DNA of 64,000 bases from NCBI RefSeq assembly GCF_006345805.1, contig NC_043003.1, positions 39,184,001-39,248,000 of the forward strand. The letters are read 5' to 3'. The notes under the pieces are model-generated. The model had not been told where the DNA came from, ran no database searches, and worked only from the letters and a program-made list of their open reading frames with translations. The stretch's first letter is position 1; each line of letters begins with the position of its first letter. The stretch is from Octopus sinensis. Its lineage: Eukaryota. The position numbers and the translations under genes were made by a program. Shown here piece by piece: positions 24,205 to 37,759 of this stretch.

Positions 24205-26253
24205 ATGTATTAAATATTTATAGATTCCATCCTAGAATTATTGTTGTTATTATATTTATCCTACATTATATTGGTATCACCATGATGCAACCCCGAAAAC
24301 CTGACTGACTGACTGGTCAGTATTATTAGACGGTAGCCGGCACAATGAAATAGGAGCTTGGGACCGTTGACGTCACAGCTCATTCCTATAACACGAGCAA
24401 GATGAAATGAAATGTCTTGCTCAAGAATACAACATACAGACTGGTCAGAGAATCGAACTCATAGCTTAATGATTATAAACCCGACGCTCTGATCATGCGT
24501 CTTTACAAAAACACACACACACACAGACACGCAGAATTTTACACACATAATTGAATAGAATCACGAGATTGCAAATACTGTACTGCCCACACTAGATAAC
24601 ACAAAACTATTCCGTACTAAACTATACATTATACTAATCCATGCCAGAGTACATAATACCACAGCATACAACACACCGCATTACTCTACTCTAGATTACA
24701 CCACCGCGACGCCGCTCCGAAATACCAAGGCGAAGACCTCACACATGGAATTACGGAGAAATATTTAGAAAGATCTAATGCATCTTTTGGCCTGCAGCGA
24801 CTGGTTTTCTTCAGAATTAATGTTGGTATATTGGTGTGATGGTAAGTTACCATGGAATGGTAGTGTAGAACTATGAGGATTTGGTGGTATGATGTAGTAG
24901 TGGTCGTGGTGAAGTGATATCATCATAATGAGGTGGTGTGATTATATGATAATGAGGTCGTATGATACTATGATAATGAGGTGGTATGATAATATGATAA
25001 TGTAGTAGTTGTGATAATATGATAATGTGTTTATATAATGAGTTTATGGTAGTGGTAGTAGCCTGATGTGGTAGTATGGTGCGGTGATATGATAGTGTGA
25101 TAGTATATGTGTGACAGTATATATGTGTATATATAGATATGTATGTGTGTATATTTGAACAGTGGATGAGAGGGAGAGAGAGAGAGAAAGAGAGGGAAAG
25201 AGAGCATAGCGGCTGCGTTTGCATTGATGGTAGTAATGGTAGTGATCACGGTGACGGGGATGATGATTGTGATGGTTGCGGTGGTGGTGGTGGTGGCGTG
25301 TGTATGTGTGTGGTGAGGGTGATGGTATTAAGTACTGTCGAGTGTATGAGAGGTGTTGGTAGTTTTAGTTTTCTAGACAAGAGTAAACAGTAAAGAATAG
25401 GCTAAAGAGGGTGGCAGGGAAATTAGTGGAATTGTTGGTTAGATTTCTGGAATGTTCTTGGAGAATTAGTGGAGTGGATTGGTGGTGGTGGTGGTGGTGG
25501 CGGTGGTGGTGGCGGCGGGGAAACGGAGGGGAATAAGACAGATGAAGAGGTTTAAGAAAATAGGGACGGAGGAGGAAGAGTCTTAAGAAGGGAGAATCGT
25601 AATGAAGAGGAAAGTAAAAGTCCGAGAGGAGAATTTAAAAGATGAGGGAAAGAAAACAAAAGTAAAGAGAGAAGGAAAGAGGGGGGAGAGAGATGGAAGA
25701 GAGAAGAAAGAGATAGAGGTATTGGAGGAACATAAGAGATGGGGGGAAATTTGAAGAATCGTTAATATAACAATTGACTGAGGGCGGGCGAGTTGGCAGT
25801 GTCGTTACTGCGCCGGGTAAAATGCTTGACGGCATTTCGTCTGTCTTTACGTTCCGAGTTCAAATTCCGCCGAGGTCGACCTTACCTTTCATCCCTTTCG
25901 AGGTCGATAAAATAAGCACCAGCTGAGCACTGGGGTCGATGTAATCGATTTATCTTCACCCCCAAAGTTGCTGGCCTTGCACCGAACTTTGCAACCAACA
26001 TATTCATTGACTGTGGAAATCGTTGGTTATTTACTGCATGAAGGGGTGTTTCTCTTGCGTTCGTCAGAAATGTGTTGCTTCTTTACTGCATCTACGTCAC
26101 AGATGTACCATATCTATATCAGACTTGTATTACAACTATGTTATAATTGTCTCATTATTATGCCACAGCTGTACCATATCTACGTTGTACTGTATCGTAA
26201 CAACATCATAGCTGGACTACGACCACACATCATACAACATGGCTGTGTCACTA

Positions 26254-26487
26254 TATGGCGGTGAGCTGGCGGAAACGTTAGCACGCCGGGCGAAATGCTT
26301 AGCAGTATTTCGTCTGCCGTTACGTTCTGAGTTCAAATTCCGCCGAGGTCGACTTTGCCTTTCAACCTTACGGGGTCGATTAAATAAGTACCAGTTACGC
26401 ACTGGGGTCGATATAATCGACTTAATCCGTTTGTCTGTCCTTGTTTGTCCTCTCTGTGTTTAGCCCCTTGTGGGCAAAAAAAAAATG
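26254..26487 (+). mobile_element. SINE S1 b-type with 17-bp TSD
   Basis: acatggctgtgtcacta 26237-26253 versus acatagctgtgtcacta 26488-26504. Confidence 0.9.
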
Positions 26488-26499
26488 ACATAGCTGTGT

Positions 26500-27400
26500 C
26501 ACTACTACGTCATAATTGTATCTTAAACAAATCACAGTGGTAGCACAATTGTGTTACAACTATGTCACATTTATATCGTAGCTGGGCAACAATTTCGCGT
26601 CATACATCACAGCTGTATCACAACTACGTTATAATCGTCTCATAACTACACCACAGCTGTTTTACAACCAATTTATAATTGAATCATAACATCACAAGTA
26701 CGTTATAATGGTTATAATGGTATCACAACTACTTCATAATTATCTAATAAGTACATCACAGTTACGTTTTAACTGCATCATAACTGTATAACAACTGGAC
26801 TACAACTACACATCATATATCACATCTGTATCACAACTACATCATAACTGTATTATAACTACAACAAACTTATATCGCAGCTACACTATAACTGTATCAG
26901 AGCTACATCACAACAACACCATAAATACGTCACAAATGTATCATAAGTAAATCGTAGCTGTACTACAACTACGTCATAATTATATAGTAACTACATCATA
27001 ACTATGTCATAACAATATCATAACTACATAATTATATTGTTACTACATCACAACTATGTCATAACAATATCATAACTACATGATTATATTGTAACTACAT
27101 CACAACTAAGTCATAACAATATTATAACTACTGTACCACAAGAACATCACAAATATAACATACTTTATCACATTTGTATGACAATTACATCACAAATGAA
27201 TCATAATTACATTATAGCTGTATAACAACCACATTATACCTAGTTCATAACTACATCACATCTCTACCAATATCATCACAACTGTATTTTAACTATAACA
27301 CAGCCGATAACATGGCTGTGCTTAAACTGTTGCAGATGTATTACATCATATCAGATCAATGCTGTATCATATCTTAGCAGCACCATAACATTATAGCTGT
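26500..27400. repeat. Degenerate tacatcacaactg-type array including a 52-bp tandem repeat
   Basis: 52-bp period at 27001, 27053 and 27105. Confidence 0.8.
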
Positions 27401-28158
27401 ATTACAATTGTCTCTGAACATTAATCTCTCTTCCCCACCCATTACTATCAGCCCATCTTTCCTTCTCCAGCACCTCATTATATTATCATTTATTCACCTC
27501 CTACTCTCAGCTTTTACCTATCAAACATCAAACAATCAAGTGTTTTGTCTCTGGTGGTGAATTGATCATTAAAAGGGAGGGAATATCTTCTCGCTTATAC
27601 AAAGTTGAAAAATATCCAAATTTAACTTTTAATCTAAACTTTTAATTTTTTTTCTTTTTTCTACACAAAATAGAATAAAGTTCCTAATGTTTTTTTTTTG
27701 GTGTGTGTGTGTGGTCAGTTGACACATATATTGCTGTTTTATCCTTCTTTGGAATTGTCAGCGCAGCATAACTAAAGACACAAATTTATTAAGCTAAATT
27801 CAATATTTTACGAAACTTCATAAAAAGAGAGAGAAGGCAGAAGAGAGATCATAGGTTAAAAAACATATTTCATCTTTTTCTCTTTTTAATTTTTAGCATT
27901 CTGTATAATGCTCTAAATTTTCCAATATTTCCTTGTAACCCATCTTTCCCAAATAAACCCAGTACTCTTTCATTGGTTCAATATATCTCTACCTACAGGT
28001 TACCTCCTCAAGATACAGCCAAACAGAAACTCGAGAGATAAAGAGGGAACATAGGTGTGTGTATATACATATATGTGTGTGTATATGAGGTGTGAACTCA
28101 CCTCACTTCACACGGATCCTGGTTACCTTTCGCGCCGGTCAACCCTCACCCGGCGGCG

Positions 28159-28327
28159 ATGAGGCCTCGTCTCACTGCTGTTATCGGCGGCGGCAGTGGA
28201 GGTAGTCATCATCGTAGTCTCCGTGGTGGCGGTGGCGGTATTATAATAGTGATGGCGGTGATTGTTACCATGCTGACCTCGGCGTTGACTCAGTCCGCCA
28301 ACCAGACGAACACTAGTTCGACCGTCG
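28159..28327 (+). CDS. Coding exon 1 of an iGluR/ionotropic-receptor-like gene (signal peptide)
   Basis: ATG at 28159; MRPRLTAVIGGGSGGSHHRSLRGGGGGIIIVMAVIVTMLTSALTQSANQTNTSSTV has a hydrophobic h-region followed by NQT/NTS sequons; donor CG|GTGAGT at 28327/28328, phase 1, compatible with exon 2. A possible upstream acceptor (ctacctacag, ending 27998) would make this an internal exon carrying 5'UTR. Confidence 0.8.
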
Positions 28328-28471
28328 GTGAGTATCAACGCTTTCTTTTGTAGATCCTTGTAGTTGTCATCGTCGTCGTCGTCATCATCATCGTCGTCAT
28401 CATCATCATCGTCATCATGATCGTCGTCATCATCGTCGTCATCATCATCATCATCATCGTCGTCGTCGTCG

Positions 28472-28513
<42 letters not shown>

Positions 28514-29009
28514 GTAGCAGCAGCGTCAACAGCAGCTGTGGTTGCATCTCCAGTAGCAACATTACAACCAACATCATCATTATCATCATCATCATTATCC
28601 TCCTCCTCCTCCTCCTCCTCATCATCATCATCATCATCATCACCACCACCACCACCACCACCACCATCGTCATCATCATCATCATCAACAACAACAACAA
28701 TAACAACAACATCATCATCAACACCATCATCACCGTCCTCATCACCTAAAGCAACTCATCTTGAACCTTGAATTCCGCAAACTGTGTACCACAAGGATCT
28801 ATCAGATCGTCCATTCCATTTGATTTATAACATATGTGTCTCAACCTTCCACCATCCTCTAATCCTATTTCAAGCGCCTAGAAAATTAAGTTCTTAGTTC
28901 TTGAAAATATGAAAATACTGAAGATTTAGTTTTTGAAAATACGAAGGAGTAAAATAATAGTAAAATGGTAAAAAAGAAGGGAGGTTCTGAAAAGTAGAGT
29001 GGTAGAAAA

Positions 29010-30282
29010 GAAGCGGGTTCTGAAAAGTTCCTGGCTTTAGGTAAAAGAAAATACAAGAGGGTCGGTTAAATATAACCAGTGGGACCCGTGAATATTTCAC
29101 GGAATTAATGGTAAACTCATTGTTTTTTGGGGTTTTTTTGAAAACCTTATCCGAAAAACCTGGAAGCGTAGCCTGTGTTGTGTCTGTATCAATAGATTGT
29201 CGCTTATCTGCCATTCATTGAAAAGTGGAGGAAATTGGAATACGATTATTACTTAATGCACTCTATATATACACTTTATACATTTTATGCTCAATTTTAT
29301 AGATTTAGTACACAGCACTCTCCCGCTTTCTCTCTCACTCTTCGCTTTACCTTCTTTTTCTCGCTCCCTTTTCTTTCGCTCTTCGCCTTTCCTTTTAACT
29401 AAGCACGTGAAAGCGTTACAGACGGGCTAAGTAACGAAGGAAAAAACCTAGTTAAAAAAAATTACACATTTCACTCACCATATCCCTCCCATATCCACCA
29501 TTTCTCTCCTCCTCTCCTCTCCCAGGCCCCTGTAGCGGCATTCATTTCCGAATCGGAGTGAAATTTCGTTCCCTTCAGAGGTTTCTTCAGTAGTGGAAAG
29601 AGGTGATAGTCGGGTGGAGCCACTCTATTGACTGCTGCTTAGTGAGGGGATCATAATGATGAAGCCAAGTTTCATTCATGGTGTCTAAATGAGCCAAAAA
29701 ATTAGCCTCTCCTGCTGAAAGCCGGTCTAAAATCGCCTTTGATGTCGTGACTCTGATGCAGAAAGCTTTTTCATGTCTAGAATATTATGGATGATGTGAC
29801 CAACTCTTTCGCGAGAAATCCTCAGAGTCTCACTTATGACCTTAGCTGAAATCCGGTGTTCCACGAGAATCATGACGTGAACAGCGTTGGCTTTGTCCTC
29901 TGTGGTCGCCGAAGTTGACCGTCCTGAATGGGGTCCATCTTTGACCTCAAAATGACCAGTCTGAAATCTTGACACTAGATTTTCACTGGAGAGTAAAATG
30001 GGCAGCCATCCTTCAAGAATTCCTTCATCTCGCCATGGATTTCCGCCGCTCCTTTGCCTTACAAAAAGAGGAATTTCATGACCGCCCGTACTTCAATTTT
30101 GCAAAAATCTATTGTAGGAGCTGTCATGCGTTAAATCTGCAAAAACAAAAACAATATATTATATACTAACATGGATTTTTTGCTTATCGTCTCCTAAATA
30201 GTTGTCCTAACTCCTCTGTAAAGATAGTAGCTCTACCCTTTTGCGATACGCCTAAAGCCAGGAACTTTTCAGCACCTCCTCG
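29010..30282 (-). mobile_element. Decayed mariner (irritans/Hsmar2-like TIR)
   Basis: TIR CGAGGAGGTGCTGAAAAGTTCCTGGCTTTAGG at the right end (TA at 30283-30284) and a decayed copy at ~29010; minus-strand HTH remnant DGPHSGRSTSATTE..RISAKVISETLRISRERVGHIIHNILDMKKLSA. Confidence 0.85.
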
Positions 30283-30346
30283 TATACACACACCACGCGC
30301 ACATACATACATATATACATACATACATACATACACACACACATAC

Positions 30347-30423
<77 letters not shown>

Positions 30424-30714
30424 AAGAGAGGGAGGAGAAAGGAGGAGAAGGAGAAAGAGAGAGAGAATATGAGTAAGAAGATTACTGGGGCAGGAAAAAT
30501 AGGGGTTGTAATGATAGAGGCCAGTGGTATCGTAAACAACTTAATAACAATATGGTCATATATGTTTGTACGGACATCCATACTCTAGGAAATCCAAAAG
30601 AACACCCCTTATCTTTGGCACCTCTTCTACCATGAGCTTAAATAAAGGTTTTCGCAATTTTTTCCTACTACTACTTCACCATCATCTTTATTTATATAAT
30701 TATATACAATATGC

Positions 30715-31040
30715 TAATATCGGTTTCAAATTTTGGCACAAAGCCAGCAATTTCAAGGGAGGGGCTAAGTTGATGTCAATTACCCCAGTGATCTATCTTG
30801 AAAAGATGGAAGGTAAAATCGACCTCGGTGGAATTTGAACTCAGAACGTAAATACAGACGAAATACCGCTAAGTATTTCGTCTGTCTTTGTGTTCTCAGT
30901 TCAAATTCAGCTGAGGTCGACTTTACCTTTCATCTTTTCGGGGTCGAAAAATTAAGTACCAGTTGCGTACTGGGGTCGATCTAATCGACTGGCCCCCTCC
31001 CCCAAAATTTCGGCCCTTGTGTCTTGAGTAGAAAAGAATA
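30715..31040. mobile_element. Two S1 SINEs fused back to back (minus then plus)
   Basis: Junction gacgaaataccgctaagtatttcgtc at ~30858-30883. Confidence 0.8.
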
Positions 31041-33237
31041 TTGATGCTTTCTCGATGTTTTATTTTTCCCTGCTTGATATTGTTTTGCATATATATATGT
31101 GCAAGTGTGCATGAACATATATATGCAATGTTTTTTATATATTCTCATGAATATATTTGGGTTCAACATGTTTATATGCAGTTATACACCACCAAATTTG
31201 CAGCATCTGATAATTCAGTACACCAATAATCTCGATAAATTACGAGAGAGAACTTGAAATTCTCGTGGCTACCAGTCTTCTCCACTGCTCGACCACAGGT
31301 GGCGTTGTGTGTGTACTGTGTGTTTACATGCATTATCTACACTTTCCAAGAGAGCAAGCTGGCAGAATTGGTAGCACGCTGGACGAAATTTCAGGCCTTG
31401 TGCCTATTGTAGAAGGGATTATTTACACTGCCCTTTTTAGAATCGATATCAAAAGTTTGAGAGATCTTCTGCTTATATTGTTAAAAGTTACCCTTAGCTA
31501 TGGCTTCTACATGTAAGAGAACTGAAGTCGTCATTGGTAGCGTCAAACGTACACGTCAATCCACACCGAGCCAATATAAAGCAGAACAGTTCATGATGAT
31601 TTAGACGCATGGGAAGTGCCGTTCATCTTTTCTGTGTCGATAAAATAAATACCATTTGAGCCCTGAGATCTATGGAATCGATTTGTTCCCTTTCCTCAAA
31701 GTTACTGACCTTGTGCCAAAAATTAGGTATGATTTATTGTCGACCCCATTTTTTTTGCACGGAGCTGATTTAGCCGTGCTATTTGCGTCACGAGGAATCT
31801 GGCAATCGCAAAAGGATAAAAGAAAAAGAAACAAAAACTCTCTGCAATTTCCACTTCCTTTTGTTCCTAAAGCATGTGATTATTTTGGTTGATGGTTAAT
31901 CTAATCTTGTTTGAAGTATTTAGTTACGGCTCCTTATGTTCCAATTTCAAAACCCACCGAGGTCAACTTCGCCTTTCATCTTCCCGAGGTCAATAAATAA
32001 AATATCAAGCAACTAATAGGTACGATTTAATCGACTATACGCATTCCAAACTATGTGGCATTGTGCCAGAGTTATAAATTATTTTTTCAATGTAATTATC
32101 TAACTATTTGCTTCTTTGTGTAAATGTATTACCATTATATTTCGTTTTTCGTTTGCTTGAATATCAATTTTTGTGTAACCATTGATACAGAATGATATGA
32201 CACGTTGAATAGATATTAGTTATGTTAGGATTGTAGGATTGGGTAAAAGGTTAAGTCCTACTTCGGTCATGAATGGCTATGGGATTGCACCTAGAAAGTT
32301 CCCCTCCGAGGCACAAATCCGGGCAACGCTATTCAAGGAAGACCAGCAGTCGCGCATGCATACCAGTCTCCCCTCTCTACGCCACCAATGTTATCCAAGG
32401 AAAAAGCAAAGGCCGATACAGCTTGGTACCAGTGATATCACAAGTCATTTCTACAGCTGTGTGAACTGGAGCAACGCGAAATAAAGTTTCTTGCTCAAGC
32501 ACACAACTCTCAGCTTGGTCTGGGATTTGAACTCACTGCCCGACGTCCTAGCTACTGATCCACGCGCTTTCCAATTTCATAAAAAGTAGCATAAAATTTT
32601 GAAAGAGGATTGCATTGGGGTAGAAAGAAGCTCCGAATGGAAACTTTGTGGGTAAACCTTCCGATATATGTAAAATTAAGAGTGTAATTCACATAGTTAA
32701 TAATTTAATGTGCCATTTCAGAATATTTCTCTTTAAGAAATAAAAATAAACCAAACATTCGTTTCAGTAACCCCTTATATTTTGATGGTTACATATGTTG
32801 CTTTTCATCCTTTCGGGATCGATAGAATAAGCGCCAGCTGAACATTGTGACTAACATATTTGATTTTGTCCTTCCCCTCAGGCTCCTTGATGTAGCAGAG
32901 AAAGTTATTAGAAACAATATAAGCAAAATAAAGTATTTTTGTTTGCTCCTCGAAACGCTGGAATTTTTTTCAATTGTTTCCGTATTAAGTTGACAAGCCA
33001 CGGTTACTGGACTTGCGGATTAATTTTCAGGACTTTTATTTGAGGCTACTTGATATTCTAAAGCTTTATTTCTCAAAGTTAAGTATTGTATTGGAATGCA
33101 TATTAAATTGTTAACGAATGTTACAAAGGTAGTGAGCTGGCAAAAATGTTAGCGTTGTGGACAAAATGCTAACTGACGTTTCTTCTGGCTTTACGTTCTG
33201 AGTTAAAATCTGTAATTTGCTCGTAGTAGTTATTACC

Positions 33238-33409
33238 TATTTCTTTATTATCCACAAGGGACTAAACATAGAGGGGACGAACAAGGACAGACAAACGGAT
33301 TAAGTCGATTATATCGATCCCAGTGCGTAACTGGTACTTAATTAATCGACCCCAAAAGGATGAAAGGCAAAGTCGACCTCGACGGAATTTGATCTCAGAA
33401 CGTAACGGC
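33238..33409 (-). mobile_element. Headless S1 b-type SINE with 13-bp TSD
   Basis: agtagttattacc at 33225-33237 and 33410-33422. Confidence 0.88.
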
Positions 33410-33429
33410 AGTAGTTATTACCATTAATG

Positions 33430-34080
33430 GTTTTATTCATCACATCTGCTGGTGAGATATAAGCGAGACAAAGGAGATTAGGAATCTCCCTGAAATACTT
33501 CCCTGTAGGACTGGTTTTAAGCATCTTCTTTTTCTCTGCAGTAATGTAGGTATTTATAATAAAGTGTGAAGAATCGGCGTATTTCTAGAGGTAATCAAAT
33601 GGTGTAACATATTCTGAGGAGGTAATTCAAGGTTTAAGGTGTCAAAGAATTAAGTATTCCAAAGTATTTGTCGGATGAATGTGGAAGGTCCGCTTGAGCG
33701 TGCATCGCTTGTTATTGATTTAGTTATTTATAATTCTGGTATGGCATGGTTGTTACATAGACTTAGTATAGGAGTTGATTTATTGGTACACATATTCTTC
33801 TGTATCTAGTTTAGTTATTTGCTTATACATATATAGTTGAAGGGTAGATGTCCCTGGTGATCTTGTTTTTTTGGAAATCAATATTTCCCTCTTTCATAAC
33901 TCTCCAGGAGATCGTTCTGCTCTGTTTACTAATTTCTTTAATGTCCTCAGCACATATTCATGAATATTGATTCAGTATTTCAATCAGAAATTGGGAACCT
34001 CGATAATTCTAGGAGCTTTTCAGTTGTTATTGACGATAAGATAATCGATAAAACGAATAGAAAGAAAAGAAATAAAGAAA
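33430..34080 (-). mobile_element. Decayed LINE RT fragment
   Basis: Minus strand KPVLQGSISGRFLISFVSL resembles IFQGDSLSPLLF; many stops. Confidence 0.45.
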
Positions 34081-35194
34081 TAAAAGATAATCTAATTACC
34101 TGTAAGATCGATATTAATCATCATTAATAATATATTTATTTTCCTTGGTTTGTTACATACGCTGAGATTTTCCTTTATCAAGACATGAATTTCTTACATT
34201 ATTATTGTTATTGCATAGGTAGCGAGCTGGCAGAATCGTTAGCACAATGAGCAAAAAGTGCTCAGCAGTATTTCGTCTGTCTAAGTTCAGATTCCACCGA
34301 GGTCAGTTTTGCCTTTCATTCTTTCGGGGTCGATAAAATAAGTACCAGTTGAGGACTGGAGTCGCTGTAATTGGCTTACCCTTTCCCTGACATTGCTGGC
34401 TTTGTACTTTATGACATATATAGTTTTACATATTAATAAAATAGTTTTCTACATGCACCCATCGATTTCAATCTCAACAGAAAAAAAAAAACTTTGGTCG
34501 TTTTGGCTACACATACCCAAACACCGTGTGTCTCAAAAGGGTTAAAATCGTTAAGGAGGCAAGCTAGCAGAATCGTTAGCACATCGGACAAAATGAGTTT
34601 AAATTTCGCCGAGGTCTGTTTTGCCGTTCATCTTTTCCAGGTCACTAAAATAAATATCAATCAAGTACCGGTGTCATGTAATCGACTTTTCCCTCAAATC
34701 TACTGACCTTATGTCAAAACTAGAAGAATCAGCACGTCGGACGAAATACGTAGTGGAATTTATTCTGCCTCTTCACGTCGTGAGTTCAAATACCGCCGAG
34801 ATCAGCTTTGCCTGTTATTCTTTCGGAGTTGATAAGTACTAGTTGAGCATTAGGGTCCCCTAAAATTGCTGGCCAGGTGCCTAAACTTGAAACGAAAGGT
34901 GGTAAGCTGACAGAGTCATTAGCGCATAGGACAAAACACTTAGCAGCATTTCTTCCGGCTTTTTATGTCCTGAGGTTGATTTTGTGTGGCCAAAACGACC
35001 AAGGGTTTTGTTTTTCATCCTTTCGAGATCGATAGAATGAGTACTCGTTAAACCCCTGGGTCGATGTTCTGGACTTATCGTCTACCCTTAAAAATTTGGG
35101 GCTTTGTACTAAAGTTAGAAAGAATTACTTTAATTATATTTGTTTTCCTTGGTTTGATAAATAAGCAGAGATATTTTTTGTTTCAAAAAACGTA

Positions 35195-35377
35195 CGCGTA
35201 GGAGTAGCTGTGTGGTAAGTAGCTTGCTTACGAACTACATGGTTCCGGGTTCAGTCCCACTGCATGGCACCTTCTACTATAGCCTCGCGCCGACCAAAGC
35301 CTCGTGAGTGGATTTGGTAGGCGGAAAGTGAAAGAAGCCCGTCGCATATATGTATATATGTGTGTGTTTGTGTGTAT

Positions 35378-35421
<44 letters not shown>

Positions 35422-35625
35422 TTGTGTGTCTGTGTTTGTCCCCCCAACATCGCTTGGCAACCGATGCAGGTGTGTTACATCCCCGTAACTTTGCGGTTCG
35501 GCAAAAGAGTCCGATAGAATAAGTACTAGGCTTACAAAGAATAAGTCCTGGGGTCTATTTGCTCGACTAAAGGCGGTGCACCAGCATGGCCACAGTCAAA
35601 TGACTGAAACAAGTGAAAGAGTAAA
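35195..35625 (+). mobile_element. SINE S2, near full length
   Basis: Colinear with 18325-18715; internal (TG)n. Confidence 0.9.
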
Positions 35626-35844
35626 TATGAATTTGTTATATCTTTGAAAACACTCATAAATATGTTCCAAGTTATCGAAAATGCTGATGATGGTTTACAA
35701 TTGCTGAGAGAATACCCTAACAATGTTTGCATAACCTAATATTTTCTCGAAGGTCGCTTATTTCTACCTTGTAGGAAATTATCAATGTTTTTACAGAATT
35801 TGTTATACACAGTAGGGCAAAAGTCAAGTACTAAGCCATTTGAC

Positions 35845-36240
35845 ATTTTGAGCTGGCAGAATCATTAGCATGCCGGGCGAAATGCTTAGTGGTATTTCGT
35901 CTGTCTTTACGTTCTGAGTTCAAATTCCGCCGAGGTCGACTTTGCCTTTCATCCTTTCGGGGTCGATTAAATAAGTACCAGTTACGCACTGGGGTCGATA
36001 TAATCGACTTAATCCGTTTGTCTGTCCTTGTTTGTTCTCTCTGTGTTTAGCCCCTTGTGGGTAGTAAAGAAATAGGTATTTCGTCATCGCTAGATTCTGA
36101 GTTCAAACTCTGTCGAGATCGACTTTCCCTTTCCTCCTTTGGGGGTCGATGAATTAAGTACTAGACAAGGACTGGGGGTCGATGTGATCGACTTACCCCC
36201 TCCCCACAAATTTCAGGCCTGGTGCCTATAATAGAAAAGA
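35845..36240 (+). mobile_element. S1 tandem dimer (b-type then a-type)
   Basis: Junction aaagaaatag|gtatttcgtc at ~36075. Confidence 0.9.
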
Positions 36241-36819
36241 TTATTATTCATTCTGTTCATCATGTATAAGTACGTGTGTAGCTATGATTATTTTATTTAT
36301 TTTATCTAAGTTTAGAAATATTGAGGCGTATCTTTGACAATTCCGGGGCGTATTGAACTTATTTTGTACGTAACTTTTGCCAACGCTGTAAATTATTCTA
36401 TTTATGTAAATTATAAAGGGGGTGACAAGCACATCCATTGACTTCCATAATATTATTTTTCATTCAGAAGTTCAGTAACGCCTCAGCTCATTTGTACGCA
36501 ACACTAAGTTATTTAGTATTTCTCTGTCGATAGTTTATACACTATTGTCATTTTTATCAGGGAAGATTATTTTAGAGTTACCATGTGCTATCTGGTGGTG
36601 TATTTGTATACTAATGTACCTTAGTGGTTTCACATCGTCGTTTTATAAGGCAGATGAGTGTTCATAGGCATACAAAGGAAACACTTTTTTGTTAAACAAT
36701 CGAAATAGCTGCATTGCTACGTTGCGAAATTCCTATAGATTTGTTGTTTACGGGTAGTTTAAGAAATCTTTGTACAATGTGTATTGTTTTAGATCATTCT
36801 CATATAAAATACATAAATG

Positions 36820-37075
36820 CGCCCTTTTTAAAGCCTAGCCAAGCTCATGGGCCCGGTTTCCCGGTTCCTATGGCGTATGTGTTCCCCGGCTGGACGGGAC
36901 GCCAGTCCATTGCAGCGTTACTCATTTTTGCCAGCTGAGTGGACTGGAGCAACGTGAAATTAAGTGTTTTGCTCAAGAACACAACGTGTCGCCCGGTCCA
37001 GGAATCGAAACCACAACCTTACGATCATGATGCTGACACCCTAACCACTAAGCCTCGCGCCTCCACCATTCTCAT
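36820..37075 (-). mobile_element. tRNA/CORE-type SINE S3, full length
   Basis: Minus head ggaggcgcgaggcttagtggttagggtg, B-box gtttcgattcc, gttgtgttcttgagcaaaacac core. Other copies at ~44785-44960, ~57765-57905 and ~62235-62400 (+). Confidence 0.85.
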
Positions 37076-37759
37076 ATATGTATGCCTCTTTCCTTCGTTT
37101 GTTCACTCACTTACTCGCGCGTGTGTGTATGCATGTGAGTGGGCAAACAAAAGAAAGAGGTACTAAACACGTTTTGTAGAAGTACATTCACTAGTATTTA
37201 ATAACAGCTTGATTCGGTTCCATATAATATAATCTTCGTATGCTAGTCACACAAACGTAGCTCCTCAGGCTTAGGCCACCGAACCGTTCGCCTATGTGAG
37301 TGGACAGCTGAGAAGCTAGGCGTGGACAGAATTTTAAATATGTAGGCACAGTGTGGACCAATGTTTAAGAATTTCGCTTCGCGATCTTGAAGTCTCAGTT
37401 TCGATTCCATGCGTGGCGTCAAGAGCAAGTGTCATTTTCTTTAGCATCGAATTGACACATAACTTGTGAGTGAAAACTGTAGACCGAAACTGTATGTAAA
37501 CCCGTCGGATAGATTGCAACTTTAATTTAAAGGTCCAATCTTGTCATGCTGAGGAACACTGATTTTACCTGAGAATTACATTGTGGATAATCCAGACACT
37601 TACACTCTAATTCAATGAACCCGCTATTTCAGTTGATCGAACAACCGGGCACTCATGGTCAGTAATTCTTAACTAGATCCATTTTACTTTCAGTATATTT
37701 TTTAGTGATGACCGCTGTGAGGTTATTGAACAAGCACGTGGCCCGACGGTCTGACTAAG

